Shown here: piece after piece, positions 19,815 through 29,336 of the stretch
Layout: each line of letters starts with the position of its first letter
Numbering within the stretch: the stretch's first letter is position 1
Source of the DNA: Candidatus Diapherotrites archaeon CG08_land_8_20_14_0_20_34_12
GTDB taxonomy: Archaea; Iainarchaeota; Iainarchaeia; Iainarchaeales; 0-14-0-20-34-12
NCBI GenBank assembly: GCA_002779065.1
Contig: PEXL01000017.1
Location: forward strand, 1-42,766
DNA: 42,766 nucleotides
Direction of reading: 5' to 3'
Notes under the pieces: model-generated
The model's database searches: none
Told to the model about the DNA's origin: nothing
Seen by the model: only the letters and a program-made list of their open reading frames with translations
Program-made: the position numbers and the translations under genes

Positions 19815-20588
19815 TTAGGAAATATATGTGAGGATTGCATCAATAAGATAAAAAGTAATTATTGATGGCGCTGTGAATGGCAATCCTGAAATCACTGAAA
19901 AAAATTTCCCTTTTAATGTTGGATTTACAGTCAAACTGGCATCAAAAATGCTTGAATTATTATTGAGCTTAGAATCCGCATTGAATTTGAAATCATATTT
20001 CCCATATCCTTGTGGCCTTACCTCTAATTGATATTCTTGGCTTGTATTAGGTTTCATAGTTATTGTTAATGGCTTGAACCAATGGGTTGGGAGATTGCTT
20101 TTTACCTCAAGAGAATGTTCTGCAATGCTGTCATTAACGCATTTCAAGGCAAAGGTTGTTGTTTCACCTACTAAAATTGTTTTATTTAAAGAAGCTATTC
20201 CGCATTTTAGTAAAGTATTTGTAACAACAATTTGGACAGTAAAAATATCTTCAATAAGATTGTTTTTTGCTATAAATCTTATGTTCTGGGTTCTTGCATC
20301 AGATGCTTTTGGAATCATTAAATTAATTGTAAAACTTTTATCAAATTCTTCTATAGAATAATTCCAAAAAAGGGGCAATGTTTTATCATCTAAAAGTATT
20401 GAGTCCCAAGAACCATTAGTGTATTGTTTTGAAACAACAATGGTAACTGTTTCTCCTGGTTGTGCATTTCCTAGCAAAGTTGTTTCTCCTGAACTAAGCT
20501 GCTTTACCGTAGGTTCTAACAATTTTACATCAGCAAATGCAGTAGGAATGAGAATGATTAATACGAACAATAATAATTTTTTATGCAT
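19815..20588 (-). CDS. Secreted or cell-surface protein with signal peptide and C-terminal TM anchor
   Basis: N-terminus MHKKLLLFVLIILIPTAFA and a hydrophobic C-terminus. Confidence 0.5.
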   Translation of the reverse strand: MHKKLLLFVLIILIPTAFADVKLLEPTVKQLSSGETTLLGNAQPGETVTIVVSKQYTNGSWDSILLDDKTLPLFWNYSIEEFDKSFTINLMIPKASDARTQNIRFIAKNNLIEDIFTVQIVVTNTLLKCGIASLNKTILVGETTTFALKCVNDSIAEHSLEVKSNLPTHWFKPLTITMKPNTSQEYQLEVRPQGYGKYDFKFNADSKLNNNSSIFDASLTVNPTLKGKFFSVISGLPFTAPSIITFYLIDAILTYIS

Positions 20589-20672
20589 AGTCCCCCTCTA
20601 TTAATAAAGATAATCTAATGTATATTGATAGTATATATGATTTTTATAAATATGCCTTAAAGAGCCTAAATA

Positions 20673-21311
20673 ATGAAGATATTAGCTATTAGTGACATTC
20701 ATAATGAGATCCAGAACCTTGATAAATTACTGTGGAGCATTAATAAAAAGGATGTTGATTTAACCATAATTTGCGGGGATATAACTAATTATGGCCCAAA
20801 GGATTATGCTGAAAGGATCATTGATAAATTTGCTTTTGCAAAACTTTTAGCCATACCTGGAAACCTTGACTTAAATGAAGTTTTAACTCTGCTTGAAACA
20901 AAAAATATTTCAATACATGGAAAAAGACTGAAACTAGATGGTTTTAATGTTGCCGGATATGGGGGAGGATTAGTTGGAAGTGCCGGAGTAATCTTAAATA
21001 TGGAAGAAAAAATCAAAAGGGATTTGGCAAAAATAGTTGATAGTAAAACTATGCTAGTTACACATCTGCCCCCAATAAATTCAACATTAGATAATGCTGA
21101 TGGGAAGCACATTGGCAGCAAGGCTGTTAGAGAAATAATTGAAACAAAAAAACCTTTCTTGCATTTATGCGGACATGCGCATGAATCTCCGGCTGAAGAA
21201 AAAATAAATGAAACTTTTTGCATAAATGTTGGTTCAGTAAAGAATTTTGTTGGGACACTAATCGAAATTGATGGCAGTAAAAACATTTCCTGTAAGAGGC
21301 TGAAATTTTAA
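20673..21311 (+). CDS. Small calcineurin-like metallophosphoesterase
   Basis: ISDIHN, CGDITNYG, PGNLD and CGHAHE. Confidence 0.75.
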   Translation: MKILAISDIHNEIQNLDKLLWSINKKDVDLTIICGDITNYGPKDYAERIIDKFAFAKLLAIPGNLDLNEVLTLLETKNISIHGKRLKLDGFNVAGYGGGLVGSAGVILNMEEKIKRDLAKIVDSKTMLVTHLPPINSTLDNADGKHIGSKAVREIIETKKPFLHLCGHAHESPAEEKINETFCINVGSVKNFVGTLIEIDGSKNISCKRLKF

Positions 21312-21958
21312 TGGAGAAAAAATCCTCAAATACAAAAAACAGCAGAAAAATATCACAAAAAGCCAATCTGGAGGAAAACCGTTTCAAGATGGTTAAGGAA
21401 AGGCATCGCAAAACATTTGAAGAAGCATTAGCAAAAGGAAAGATGGATGAAAAACTAGTTAATTTTTGCAAATATGTTTCTTCTACCAGAAATTACTTCA
21501 CATCTTCATGCTGTTCTGGAAGGATTTTGTTATTAAGAATTGAGGGGAATGATAGGGATAAAAGAAATTGTCATTTTCACAGGAAATGGCATGATATTGT
21601 TTCACTTTCTGAAGTTTTAGCAGGAATAAATGAGGATACTAAAGGCAGGATATGGTTTAAGGTTGAACCATTTATTCTGCATTTGGGCTGCAAAGATCTT
21701 GAAAATGCAAAAAAAATACTTGAAGTAATGAAATTAGCCGGCATTAAAAGGGGTGGCATAATTGTTGCTAAAGAAGGAAAATTTATGGTTGAATTTATGG
21801 GAACCCAGGAAATGTCATTTTTAGCCAAAGAAGATGATGCTATTTTAGTGGATAAAGGATATTTGGAAAATGCAGTTAATGAAGCTAATCGAAAAATGAC
21901 TGTAAATGAAGAAATGCTTATTCGCTTAGAAAAAGAGGTAAGAAAAAAATTGAAATAA
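21311..21958 (+). CDS. taw3: tRNA wybutosine-synthesis protein 3 (Taw3/TYW3-like methyltransferase)
   Basis: SSCCSGRI motif and the overall size are typical of TYW3. Confidence 0.6.
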   Translation: MEKKSSNTKNSRKISQKANLEENRFKMVKERHRKTFEEALAKGKMDEKLVNFCKYVSSTRNYFTSSCCSGRILLLRIEGNDRDKRNCHFHRKWHDIVSLSEVLAGINEDTKGRIWFKVEPFILHLGCKDLENAKKILEVMKLAGIKRGGIIVAKEGKFMVEFMGTQEMSFLAKEDDAILVDKGYLENAVNEANRKMTVNEEMLIRLEKEVRKKLK

Positions 21959-21973
21959 TGCCAAAGGATAAAA

Positions 21974-22525
21974 ATGGGTTTTGATATAATGCCAAGCAGG
22001 ATGAAAAGAATCTTTATTGCAGTGAATTTGCCGGATGAGATAAAAGAATCATTCCAAAAGCTAATTGAAAAACTGCCTAAAGAAAAAGTAAAGGCTGTGA
22101 AAAAAGAAAATCTTCACATTACAATGAAATTTTTGGGGGACATTCCTGAAGAAAAGCTCGCTGAAATCTATAGCAAACTCCAAGATTTGAATAAATTTGT
22201 GAAATTTGAAGTTGAGCTTTCAGATATTGGCTTTTTCAAAACAAGGATCTTATGGATAGGCATTACTAAAGGAAAGGAGATGCTTGAAAATATTGCTAAA
22301 GAAATTGAGAATCTCTTGGCTTTAAATAAAGAGGAATTTACAAGCCATATTACAATTGCAAGAAATAAGTTTTTAGGGTCTGAAGAATTTAAATTATTAG
22401 CTGGGGAATTAAAAAAGATTAAAATTTCCGGGAAATTCACTGTTAAAAGCATCGATGTGATGGAATCGGTTCTTGAAAAAGCCGGATCTAATTATAAGAT
22501 ACTTAAAAGAATTGAATTGAAATAA
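21974..22525 (+). CDS. thpR: RNA 2',3'-cyclic phosphodiesterase (2H family, ThpR/LigT)
   Basis: Two HxT motifs, HITMKF and HITIAR. Confidence 0.8.
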   Translation: MGFDIMPSRMKRIFIAVNLPDEIKESFQKLIEKLPKEKVKAVKKENLHITMKFLGDIPEEKLAEIYSKLQDLNKFVKFEVELSDIGFFKTRILWIGITKGKEMLENIAKEIENLLALNKEEFTSHITIARNKFLGSEEFKLLAGELKKIKISGKFTVKSIDVMESVLEKAGSNYKILKRIELK

Positions 22526-22555
22526 AAAATGATTAAGGAATTAAAATTCATTAAA

Positions 22556-24085
22556 TTAGTAGGTTTTTGACACTTCTTTTAGTAAAATCTCTGGCTCTGA
22601 ATAATATTGCTGAACTCTTTTTTCCACTTCGTGATGCTCTCTTATGCCTTTTTCCAGCATCCACTGCAAAATATGTTGCCTAATAAGCAATTCATCCTTT
22701 ATCTGTCTTTTATTCATAAAGGTTCGTTCAGCTAAAACTTCTAATAAATGTGAAGGAACATCGGATCTATCAACAGAATCATTAGTTTTATTCCATTCAT
22801 AAACATTGCTTAGCAGTACCTTATCCTCCATTCTGCTAATCTCTGCTATCTCTTTTACTCGCCTAATTACTCCTTTGTTTTTATCATACATTTTTACCAT
22901 CACAATACTCAGATCAAGCAAGGGAAGCAAGCTCTCTGGCACACTCATTGGTGGGCTTTTTAACCTTGATAGCATTTCCTTCGATGAATTTGAATGGAAT
23001 GTCCCTAGCACACCTTTATGGCCTGTATCCATTGCTATGAATAATGTTTGCGCTTCAGGACCTCTTACTTCTCCAACAATTATTCTGTCGGGCCTCATTC
23101 TCAAAACATTTACTAACAAATCTTCCATAGATGCTTTTGTAACTGATTCTAAACGAACAGAATTTTCTCTGCTCCCTAAATCTAATTCTAAAGTATCTTC
23201 AATGGTAAGAAGCCTGTTATTATAGGGAATAAAACTGATTAGCGTATTTACTAATGTTGTTTTTCCCGATCCTGCCCCGCCAGTAACAATCAAGTTCATT
23301 GGATCTATTTTTAATCCTTCGACAGTTACCCAAAGAAAAGCTGCGCTTTCCAAACTTATTGTTTTATTCTGGATAAGATCAATTATAGAGTAAGGGACAT
23401 TACTGAATTTTCTTATAGTTAAAGTATGACCTAAAGGAGTAACTGAAGAATATGTTGCATTAGCCCTATCCCCATCAGGAAGTCTTGCATCAAGCAATGG
23501 ATCATTTTCATCAATTTTCTTATTTACACTAAAGGCAATTTTATTTAGCAAATGCTCAATCTGTTCCTTGCCTATTATAATGTTTGTTTTGCACATCCCG
23601 TACTTTCTGTGAAATACAAAAACTGATTGGTTAATTCCATTAACCATTATTTCTTCCAGGTTAGGATCTCTTTTGAGATCCGCCAAAGCCCCAAAACCGA
23701 TTGAACTGTCAAGTATTGCTTCAGCAAAATCATTTGGGTCTTCAATCTCCTTGAAAATATTCTGAATCATTTTTGAAATTTTACTTTTTAATTCGTTAAA
23801 TTCTTCTTCTGAAGGCAGCCTTTGCACTAATTGTTCTGACTCGATATATTGCACAATAAATTGCAGATCATCTAAACAATTTTCCTTTGTAACCCCTGGA
23901 AGTTTGGCTTTTAGTTCAGAAAGAGTAAGCTTTCTTAATAAAAATCTGCTCAATGCATAAATATCGGATAACTCATTTTCAGAAAAGAGTTGTTCTAAAT
24001 GGTATAAATTATAAGGAAATGATTGGTATAATGTAAAATTCTTATATGACTCTAGCAATCTTTGGCCAGTATTTATTGCAGACAT
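22556..24085 (-). CDS. Type II/IV secretion-family ATPase (FlaI/PilB/VirB11-like)
   Basis: Walker A GGAGSGKTT, RPDRIIVGEVRG and His-box GTFHSNS. Confidence 0.8.
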   Translation of the reverse strand: MSAINTGQRLLESYKNFTLYQSFPYNLYHLEQLFSENELSDIYALSRFLLRKLTLSELKAKLPGVTKENCLDDLQFIVQYIESEQLVQRLPSEEEFNELKSKISKMIQNIFKEIEDPNDFAEAILDSSIGFGALADLKRDPNLEEIMVNGINQSVFVFHRKYGMCKTNIIIGKEQIEHLLNKIAFSVNKKIDENDPLLDARLPDGDRANATYSSVTPLGHTLTIRKFSNVPYSIIDLIQNKTISLESAAFLWVTVEGLKIDPMNLIVTGGAGSGKTTLVNTLISFIPYNNRLLTIEDTLELDLGSRENSVRLESVTKASMEDLLVNVLRMRPDRIIVGEVRGPEAQTLFIAMDTGHKGVLGTFHSNSSKEMLSRLKSPPMSVPESLLPLLDLSIVMVKMYDKNKGVIRRVKEIAEISRMEDKVLLSNVYEWNKTNDSVDRSDVPSHLLEVLAERTFMNKRQIKDELLIRQHILQWMLEKGIREHHEVEKRVQQYYSEPEILLKEVSKTY

Positions 24086-24146
24086 TTGTTTAATATAAGT
24101 AGAAAGAATTATTTAATGGTTATCCCTTAAGAATTAAGGAAAGAAT

Positions 24147-25532
24147 ATGGTCAAAAATATGGAAGCTATGCTTTCAAAAATAGTCAAAAGGATAAAGCCT
24201 TCGAAAACAGAAAAAGAAGCAGAAAAAAAGCTTATTGATAAGATTTTCGGCAAAATTAAGAAGATTGAAGGAAAGCATATTGAGGTAATGCATTGTGGTT
24301 CTTCTGCACGCGATACAGACATTGGTGGAGACAAAGATTTGGATATTTTTGTTTTGTTCCCAAAAAAAATGAAAAGGGCTGAATTTGAAAAAGAAGGGTT
24401 AAGGATAGGCAGAACTGTTTTCAAAGGTAAAAAATGGGAGGAATGTTATTCTGAACATCCTTATGTTAGGGGGCAAATGGATAACTTTGTAATTGAGATA
24501 GTACCTTCATATAAAGTAGAAGATGCTTCTGCAATGCAAAGCGCTGTTGACCGAAGCCCTTTACACCAAAAATATCTGCTTGAAAGGTTAACTGAAAAGC
24601 AAAAGGATGAAATAAGACTGTTAAGGGCATTTTTGAAGGGCATTGATTGTTATGGCGCTAAATTAAAGGTAAATTCAATGCCTGGTTATGCTGTTGAATT
24701 GTTGATTTTATACTATGGATCTTTTATGGGGTGTATAAAAGCTGCAGCAAATTGGAAGAATGGTGAAATAATTGACATTGAAAAACACTATTCCGATCCA
24801 AGTGAAGCAAAAAAGAAATTTAACCATCATTTAAATTTAGTAGACCCTACTGATAAAAACCGAAATGTGGCTGCTGCTGTGAGCTATAATCAATTTGCAA
24901 GATTTATTGCTGCTTGCAGAAAATTCCTGGAAAAACCAAATGAAAGATTCTTCTTCCCTGAGAAGAAAAAAGGATGGCCAATAAGTAAAATTAAGAAGAT
25001 GTTTAAGGAAAAAGAGATTTTAATTCTAAAGATACCTTACCCAAAAAATGCAATCAGTGATGTAGTTTATGGGCAGATAAAAAATCTTACTAAAAAAATG
25101 AAAACCCGGCTTAAATTAAATGATTTTATTGTAAAATCGAGCGGAGAATGGACAGATGAGAAAAGTATTATTGTAAATGCGTTTGAATTTGAATCACTTG
25201 AAATTGAAAGAGTCAAAAAACATTTGGGGCCGGAAATAGCAGATGCAAAAAATGCTGCCATTTTCCTAAAATCACACAAAAAGATCATTTCTGGGCCAAT
25301 AATTGAAAATGGGCGCTGGGTAATTGAAAAAGAAAGGAAATTCTGGAATGCAAAAGAATTTTTGAAAGCTGAAATAAAAAAGATTGTGGTGAAAGATCCA
25401 TTAAATAAAACAATAAAGAAAGCAAGGGTTGTTGAGGAAAAGGATATTTTGCCTATTTACAAAAAGGATTGTGAATTTGCTTCATTTATTACTGCTTTTT
25501 TAAAAAACCGGGAAGATTTTTTGGATTGGTAG
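24147..25532 (+). CDS. cca: CCA-adding enzyme, archaeal class I tRNA nucleotidyltransferase
   Basis: GSSARDTDIGGDKDLDIFVLF and RSPLHQKYL. Confidence 0.85.
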   Translation: MVKNMEAMLSKIVKRIKPSKTEKEAEKKLIDKIFGKIKKIEGKHIEVMHCGSSARDTDIGGDKDLDIFVLFPKKMKRAEFEKEGLRIGRTVFKGKKWEECYSEHPYVRGQMDNFVIEIVPSYKVEDASAMQSAVDRSPLHQKYLLERLTEKQKDEIRLLRAFLKGIDCYGAKLKVNSMPGYAVELLILYYGSFMGCIKAAANWKNGEIIDIEKHYSDPSEAKKKFNHHLNLVDPTDKNRNVAAAVSYNQFARFIAACRKFLEKPNERFFFPEKKKGWPISKIKKMFKEKEILILKIPYPKNAISDVVYGQIKNLTKKMKTRLKLNDFIVKSSGEWTDEKSIIVNAFEFESLEIERVKKHLGPEIADAKNAAIFLKSHKKIISGPIIENGRWVIEKERKFWNAKEFLKAEIKKIVVKDPLNKTIKKARVVEEKDILPIYKKDCEFASFITAFLKNREDFLDW

Positions 25533-25595
25533 ATTTTTAATTTTAAACGACCCCGGAGGGACTCGAACCCTCAACCCCCAGGTAACTTCACCAAG

Positions 25596-25655
25596 CCTTT
25601 TTCTTTCTTTTCTAAAGAAAGAAAAAGGCTAGGTCTTATCCAAAAAGAAAGAAAA
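25596..25655 (+). repeat. Y-hairpin-R plus mirror-R element, copy A1 (inside the tRNA-Arg intron)
   Basis: CCTTTTTCTTTCTT-ttcta-AAGAAAGAAAAAGG, linker CTAGGTCTTATCC, then AAAAAGAAAGAAAA. Confidence 0.7.
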
Positions 25656-25684
25656 TACTAATTATGCTTATTTTACAAGCAATA

Positions 25685-25749
25685 TTTCTCTTTTTTCTTT
25701 TGGCAACCTACATTTTCTTTTTTCTCTTTCTAAGAGAAAAAAGAAAAGG
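25685..25749 (-). repeat. Y-hairpin-R plus mirror-R element, copy A2 (inside the tRNA-Arg intron, opposite orientation)
   Basis: Minus strand: TTTTCTTTTTTCTCTT-aga-AAGAGAAAAAAGAAAA, linker TGTAGGTTGCC, then AAAAGAAAAAAGAGAAA, which is the exact mirror of R1. Confidence 0.7.
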
Positions 25750-25867
25750 CGGACCGAAGCCTGATGCTCTTCCAATTGAGCTACGGGGCCTAACGTACCT
25801 ATTTAAATAATTATTATAAGAATTTAAAGTAATATAACACAAATATAACTCAAATTTTGGTGATTTA

Positions 25868-26026
25868 ATGGTTAGAAAATGCACTATCTGCAACAAAGAG
25901 GTAACAAATGACTATGTTGAATTCAAGTGCCCGAAATGCTTGAAAACGGCAATTATACGATGTGAGAGCTGCAGAAAAACTTCAAAAGAATACACTTGTA
26001 GTGATTGTGGCTTTATAGGCCCATAA
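25868..26026 (+). CDS. Zn-ribbon protein (four CxxC), the type usually found upstream of aEF-1beta
   Basis: 52 aa, MVRKCTICNK...CPKC...CESC...CSDC. Below the ORF-track cut-off. Sits directly upstream of the EF-1beta gene. Confidence 0.7.
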   Translation: MVRKCTICNKEVTNDYVEFKCPKCLKTAIIRCESCRKTSKEYTCSDCGFIGP

Positions 26027-26043
26027 ATATAGAAGGGATGTAA

Positions 26044-26301
26044 ATGGGAAGTACACTTGTAATTTATAAAATATACCCAAATGAAGTCGGGGAAGAGGAT
26101 AAGATTGTTGAATCCTTAAAGAAAATAACAATTGGGGAAGTAAAAGACATTAAGAAAGAACCTGTTGCTTTTGGCATGTATGTTGTAAGGGTCGGAGTTT
26201 TATTCCAAGAAAAGCAGGAAAAGTTAGAAGAATTTGAAAAGGCAATAAGAGCCATTAAGGAAGTAAGCGATGTCGAAGTTGAGGGAATGACTCTTCTCTA
26301 A
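26044..26301 (+). CDS. ef1b: Translation elongation factor aEF-1 beta
   Basis: 85 aa. VIYKIYP...EPVAFGM...VEVEGMTLL is typical of aEF-1beta. Confidence 0.8.
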   Translation: MGSTLVIYKIYPNEVGEEDKIVESLKKITIGEVKDIKKEPVAFGMYVVRVGVLFQEKQEKLEEFEKAIRAIKEVSDVEVEGMTLL

Positions 26302-26371
26302 TCTTCTTTATTTTTTCTATTTATTGGTTAAATCGCTCAATTTTAAAGAGTATTTTACCTAATTCTAATTA

Positions 26372-28744
26372 ATGATTACAAAGCTTAGGTTAGAAAACTG
26401 GAAGACCCATAAGGATTCTGAACTTGAATTTGATAAAGGAACAAATGTACTTATTGGAAAAATGGGCTCTGGGAAAACATCAGTAATTGAAGCTATTTGC
26501 TATGCTTTATTTGGCACATTTCCTGCATTAAACAGGAAAGAGGTTTCAATTGAAGAGGTTATATTAAGCAAACCTTATGAAGAAGATAATGCTTCTTTAA
26601 CACTTGAATTCAGATATGGCAAAAGTAATTATTCCGTTAACAGAAAAATCCTAAAAAAGAAAACAAATCAAGCAACTTTGTATGAAAATGGCCGTTTAAT
26701 TGCCGGCCCTCAAGTTACTGAGGTTAACAAAAAGATTGAGGATATTTTGAAAATAAACTATGAAATATTTTCAAGAGCTATTTTTTCAGAACAAAATCAG
26801 ATTGACTATTTTTTAAAGTTGAGCCCACAGCAAAGGAAGCAGAGCTTTGATGAAATGCTTGCTTTGGACAGATATGAAAGGGTAAGGGCTGGTGCAGTAA
26901 AAGTAAGAAACAAAATGAAAATATTGCTTGCTTTGAAGAAGGATTCCTTAGCCAGATTATTAGAATCATTTGATGAAAAGGAACTAAAGGAAATATTGAA
27001 AAAACTTGAAGAAACTAAAGAAAGATTGGGGTCAATTAATTCAGAAATAAGCCAAAAAGAAAAAATTGTAAAAGAATTTGATATTAAAATAAAGGAATTG
27101 GAAAAAATTCGGGTTCTTTTTGAGAATTCAAGAAGGAAACAGATAGAATACAGCACGAAACTTGATACACTTCAGCAGGAAATTGCCGGATTTACTGCGG
27201 CAAAATATGAAGTTTCTGAAATAAAAAAAGAGATTGAAAAATTAGAAAAAGAGATTGAAAAAATAAATGATGCAAAATCAGAAATAAACAGCTTGAAGGC
27301 CTTAATTGAGGATAAAACAAAAAGGAAAATTTCTTTGGATAAGGTTATTTTATCTATAAAATCAAAAAACCCTTTGGGGGTTAATGAAAAGGATATTGAA
27401 GAAAAGATTTTAGGATTAAACAAAAAAATAAAGGATCTAGAAGAATTGATTGACGGAAGTGCGGAAGATATTGAAAAATTAGAAGAAAAAAGGTCTAAAA
27501 ACAAGGAAGAAATTGGTTGTGTTTGTGAAAGAATAAATAATCATAAAAAAGAACATGACAATCTAAAAGGATTGCATGCAAAATGCCCTATCTGCAAGCA
27601 AGCAGTTGATGAAACACTAAAGAAAAACCTTTCAAAAGAAAATGAAGCTTGCATTTCTAAAGAAGAAAAAGTGCTTGATGGGTTGAAAGGCGAATTGGGG
27701 GAGCTTGAGAAAAAGATTGAACTTACAAGAACTGAAGAAAAAGAACAGAGAAAATTATTTGAAACATTAAATAAAGAAATTCAGGCCCTAGAAGGTTCAA
27801 AAAAAGACATTCAGATGCTGCTTGAGAATGAAAAACAGGCAGAATTGCTAAAAAAAGATATATGCAATTTGAATGAAAAACAGGAGAAAGCTTCGAAATT
27901 AATTGCGAAAGAAGATATTTCTGAGAAAAAGAAGGAAATTGAAAAGAATACTGAGATCTTAAGAAAGATAGAAAAAAGTGAAACTGCTGAAAAGATAAAA
28001 AAAGATCTAAAAGGAATAGAATCTCAATTAAAAGAGATAAAATATGACAGGGATGAAGAGATAGAAATAAGGGCAATTTTTGAAAGGGAAAAAGAAACTA
28101 TAAGAAGTTTAGGTAAAGAGCTTGAAACCAAAACGGAATGGATTAATGAGGCTGGGAAAAGGAAGATTTCAATAGAATCAATGGAAAAAAATATAGGAGA
28201 ATTGAAAAGGGGGATTGAAAATATTGAAAAGTCAAATGAAAAAATTGCTATATTTACCAATACGTTAATTGAAACACAAAATAGTCTCAGAACATTACTT
28301 ATTGAAACAATAAATGATGCAATGGGTGATTTATGGTGGAGAATTTACCCTTATAAAGATTATTCTTCTTTGAAAATAGATATTTCTGAAGGGGATTATG
28401 TTTTGATGATAAAAACCCCTACAAAATGGCAGAGGATTGAGGGATTGTTGAGTGGGGGGGAAAGAAGTGCCGCAGCATTAACAATCAGATTGGCATTCTC
28501 ACTTGTATTGGCATCAAATTTAAGCTGGCTGATATTGGATGAACCGACTCACAATTTAGACAGGATGACTATTTCAAGGTTAAGCCTGCTGATGAGGGAG
28601 CATATGCCAACCCTGATTGAACAAATATTTTTGATAACGCATGATAGTGAGATGGAAAATGCTGCTTCATCCAAGGTTTATTTCCTTGAAAGAAATAAGG
28701 ATGAGGAAGGCATTACTAAGCCGATAGTTCAAGATGTGGAATAA
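26372..28744 (+). CDS. rad50: Rad50 DNA double-strand break repair ATPase
   Basis: Walker A GKMGSGKTS, long coiled coil with zinc hook CPICKQ, signature LSGGERSAAAL and Walker B LILDEPTHNLD. Confidence 0.9.
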   Translation: MITKLRLENWKTHKDSELEFDKGTNVLIGKMGSGKTSVIEAICYALFGTFPALNRKEVSIEEVILSKPYEEDNASLTLEFRYGKSNYSVNRKILKKKTNQATLYENGRLIAGPQVTEVNKKIEDILKINYEIFSRAIFSEQNQIDYFLKLSPQQRKQSFDEMLALDRYERVRAGAVKVRNKMKILLALKKDSLARLLESFDEKELKEILKKLEETKERLGSINSEISQKEKIVKEFDIKIKELEKIRVLFENSRRKQIEYSTKLDTLQQEIAGFTAAKYEVSEIKKEIEKLEKEIEKINDAKSEINSLKALIEDKTKRKISLDKVILSIKSKNPLGVNEKDIEEKILGLNKKIKDLEELIDGSAEDIEKLEEKRSKNKEEIGCVCERINNHKKEHDNLKGLHAKCPICKQAVDETLKKNLSKENEACISKEEKVLDGLKGELGELEKKIELTRTEEKEQRKLFETLNKEIQALEGSKKDIQMLLENEKQAELLKKDICNLNEKQEKASKLIAKEDISEKKKEIEKNTEILRKIEKSETAEKIKKDLKGIESQLKEIKYDRDEEIEIRAIFEREKETIRSLGKELETKTEWINEAGKRKISIESMEKNIGELKRGIENIEKSNEKIAIFTNTLIETQNSLRTLLIETINDAMGDLWWRIYPYKDYSSLKIDISEGDYVLMIKTPTKWQRIEGLLSGGERSAAALTIRLAFSLVLASNLSWLILDEPTHNLDRMTISRLSLLMREHMPTLIEQIFLITHDSEMENAASSKVYFLERNKDEEGITKPIVQDVE

Positions 28745-28761
28745 ATTAAAAGGGCAAAGGA

Positions 28762-28959
28762 TTAGGCAGCTTCTGCTTCCTGGTTCTTCAAGCGGGTAAT
28801 ATAACCGGCAATAACATTCCTTTCTTCTTTTGAATAAGGCATCTCTAATTGCTGTAATACTTTTTTGTTTTTATCAAAATCTGCGCTAAATCTATCCCCA
28901 ATTAGCTCTAAAAGATTCTCGGCTTTTGCTTTTATTGCTTTTGAAATCGCTTTTCCCAT
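28762..28959 (-). CDS. rps17e: 30S ribosomal protein S17e
   Basis: MGKAISKAIKAKAENLL...FDKNKK...RNVIAGYITRL. The start is taken at the MGK Met. Confidence 0.75.
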   Translation of the reverse strand: MGKAISKAIKAKAENLLELIGDRFSADFDKNKKVLQQLEMPYSKEERNVIAGYITRLKNQEAEAA

Positions 28960-28974
28960 AGTAGGTATCACCTA

Positions 28975-29184
28975 TTAAAAATCAATTATTTCAATAATTC
29001 CATTAGGATATTGCCTTAGCACACTCAAAGGCAGAACTTTTTTATCTAATTCTTTTTTTGCTATATTATAACAAGTATCTTCCTTATCCACTTTCAACAA
29101 AGCAGGAGCCCCAAACGATAATTGCAATGCTCTTGCACTTATTAAACGTGTTTTTTCAAAACGTGTCAATACCATTTTCTTCAC
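28975..29184 (-). CDS. rpoK: DNA-directed RNA polymerase subunit K (Rpo6)
   Basis: LTRFEKTRLISARALQLSFGAPALL is the hallmark Rpo6 segment. Confidence 0.8.
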   Translation of the reverse strand: MKKMVLTRFEKTRLISARALQLSFGAPALLKVDKEDTCYNIAKKELDKKVLPLSVLRQYPNGIIEIIDF

Positions 29185-29336
29185 CCAAAAATAATGCCTA
29201 AAAATGCGATAATTTATAATCTAATTAATATTTTGTACTAATAGTTACCACAGCAAAAGAAATAAAAACCATGGCTAATGCTTGCTATCGGATTAAATAG
29301 GCCCAAAAAGCCATTTTATGAAGGAATTAGCCTAAA

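Larger units (their letters stand above)
25548..25790 (-). tRNA. tRNA-Arg(UCG) interrupted by a 170-nt intron at the canonical 37/38 position
   Basis: 5' exon 25790-25754: GGCCCCG TA GCTC AATTGGAA GAGC A TCAGG CT TCG G. 3' exon 25583-25548: A CCTGG GGGTT GAGGG TTCGAGT CCCTC CGGGGTC G. A BHB can be drawn: central helix CTTC/GAAG with 3-nt bulges GG|t and tt|a. Confidence 0.85.

Noticed and set aside
20673-21311. Metallophosphoesterase considered as the missing Mre11
   Set aside because: It is only 212 aa with a YfcE/MJ0936-like motif spacing, lacks an Mre11 capping or DNA-binding region, and is unlinked to rad50, herA and nurA.
22424-22440. ATTTCCGGGAAATTCAC inside the thpR gene, resembling promoter motif copy 1
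   Set aside because: It lacks the GAGTRG part and one core base, has no adjacent TATA box, and lies within coding sequence (KISGKFT). It is probably a chance match.
25596-25749. Purine-rich repeats considered as a CRISPR array
   Set aside because: There is no regular repeat-spacer periodicity. The repeats are short homopurine or homopyrimidine tracts forming hairpins, the copies differ in sequence, and no cas genes are present.
25708-25896. 62-aa minus-strand ORF
   Set aside because: It reads through the tRNA-Arg 5' exon and the polypyrimidine/polypurine repeat, so it is an artefact of the tRNA and repeat sequence.
26778-28260. Several antisense and alternative-frame ORFs inside rad50, and similar ones inside most long genes
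   Set aside because: They are low-complexity Ser/Phe/Leu-rich translations of the complement of a Lys/Glu-rich coiled coil, and they are embedded in a confidently identified gene.
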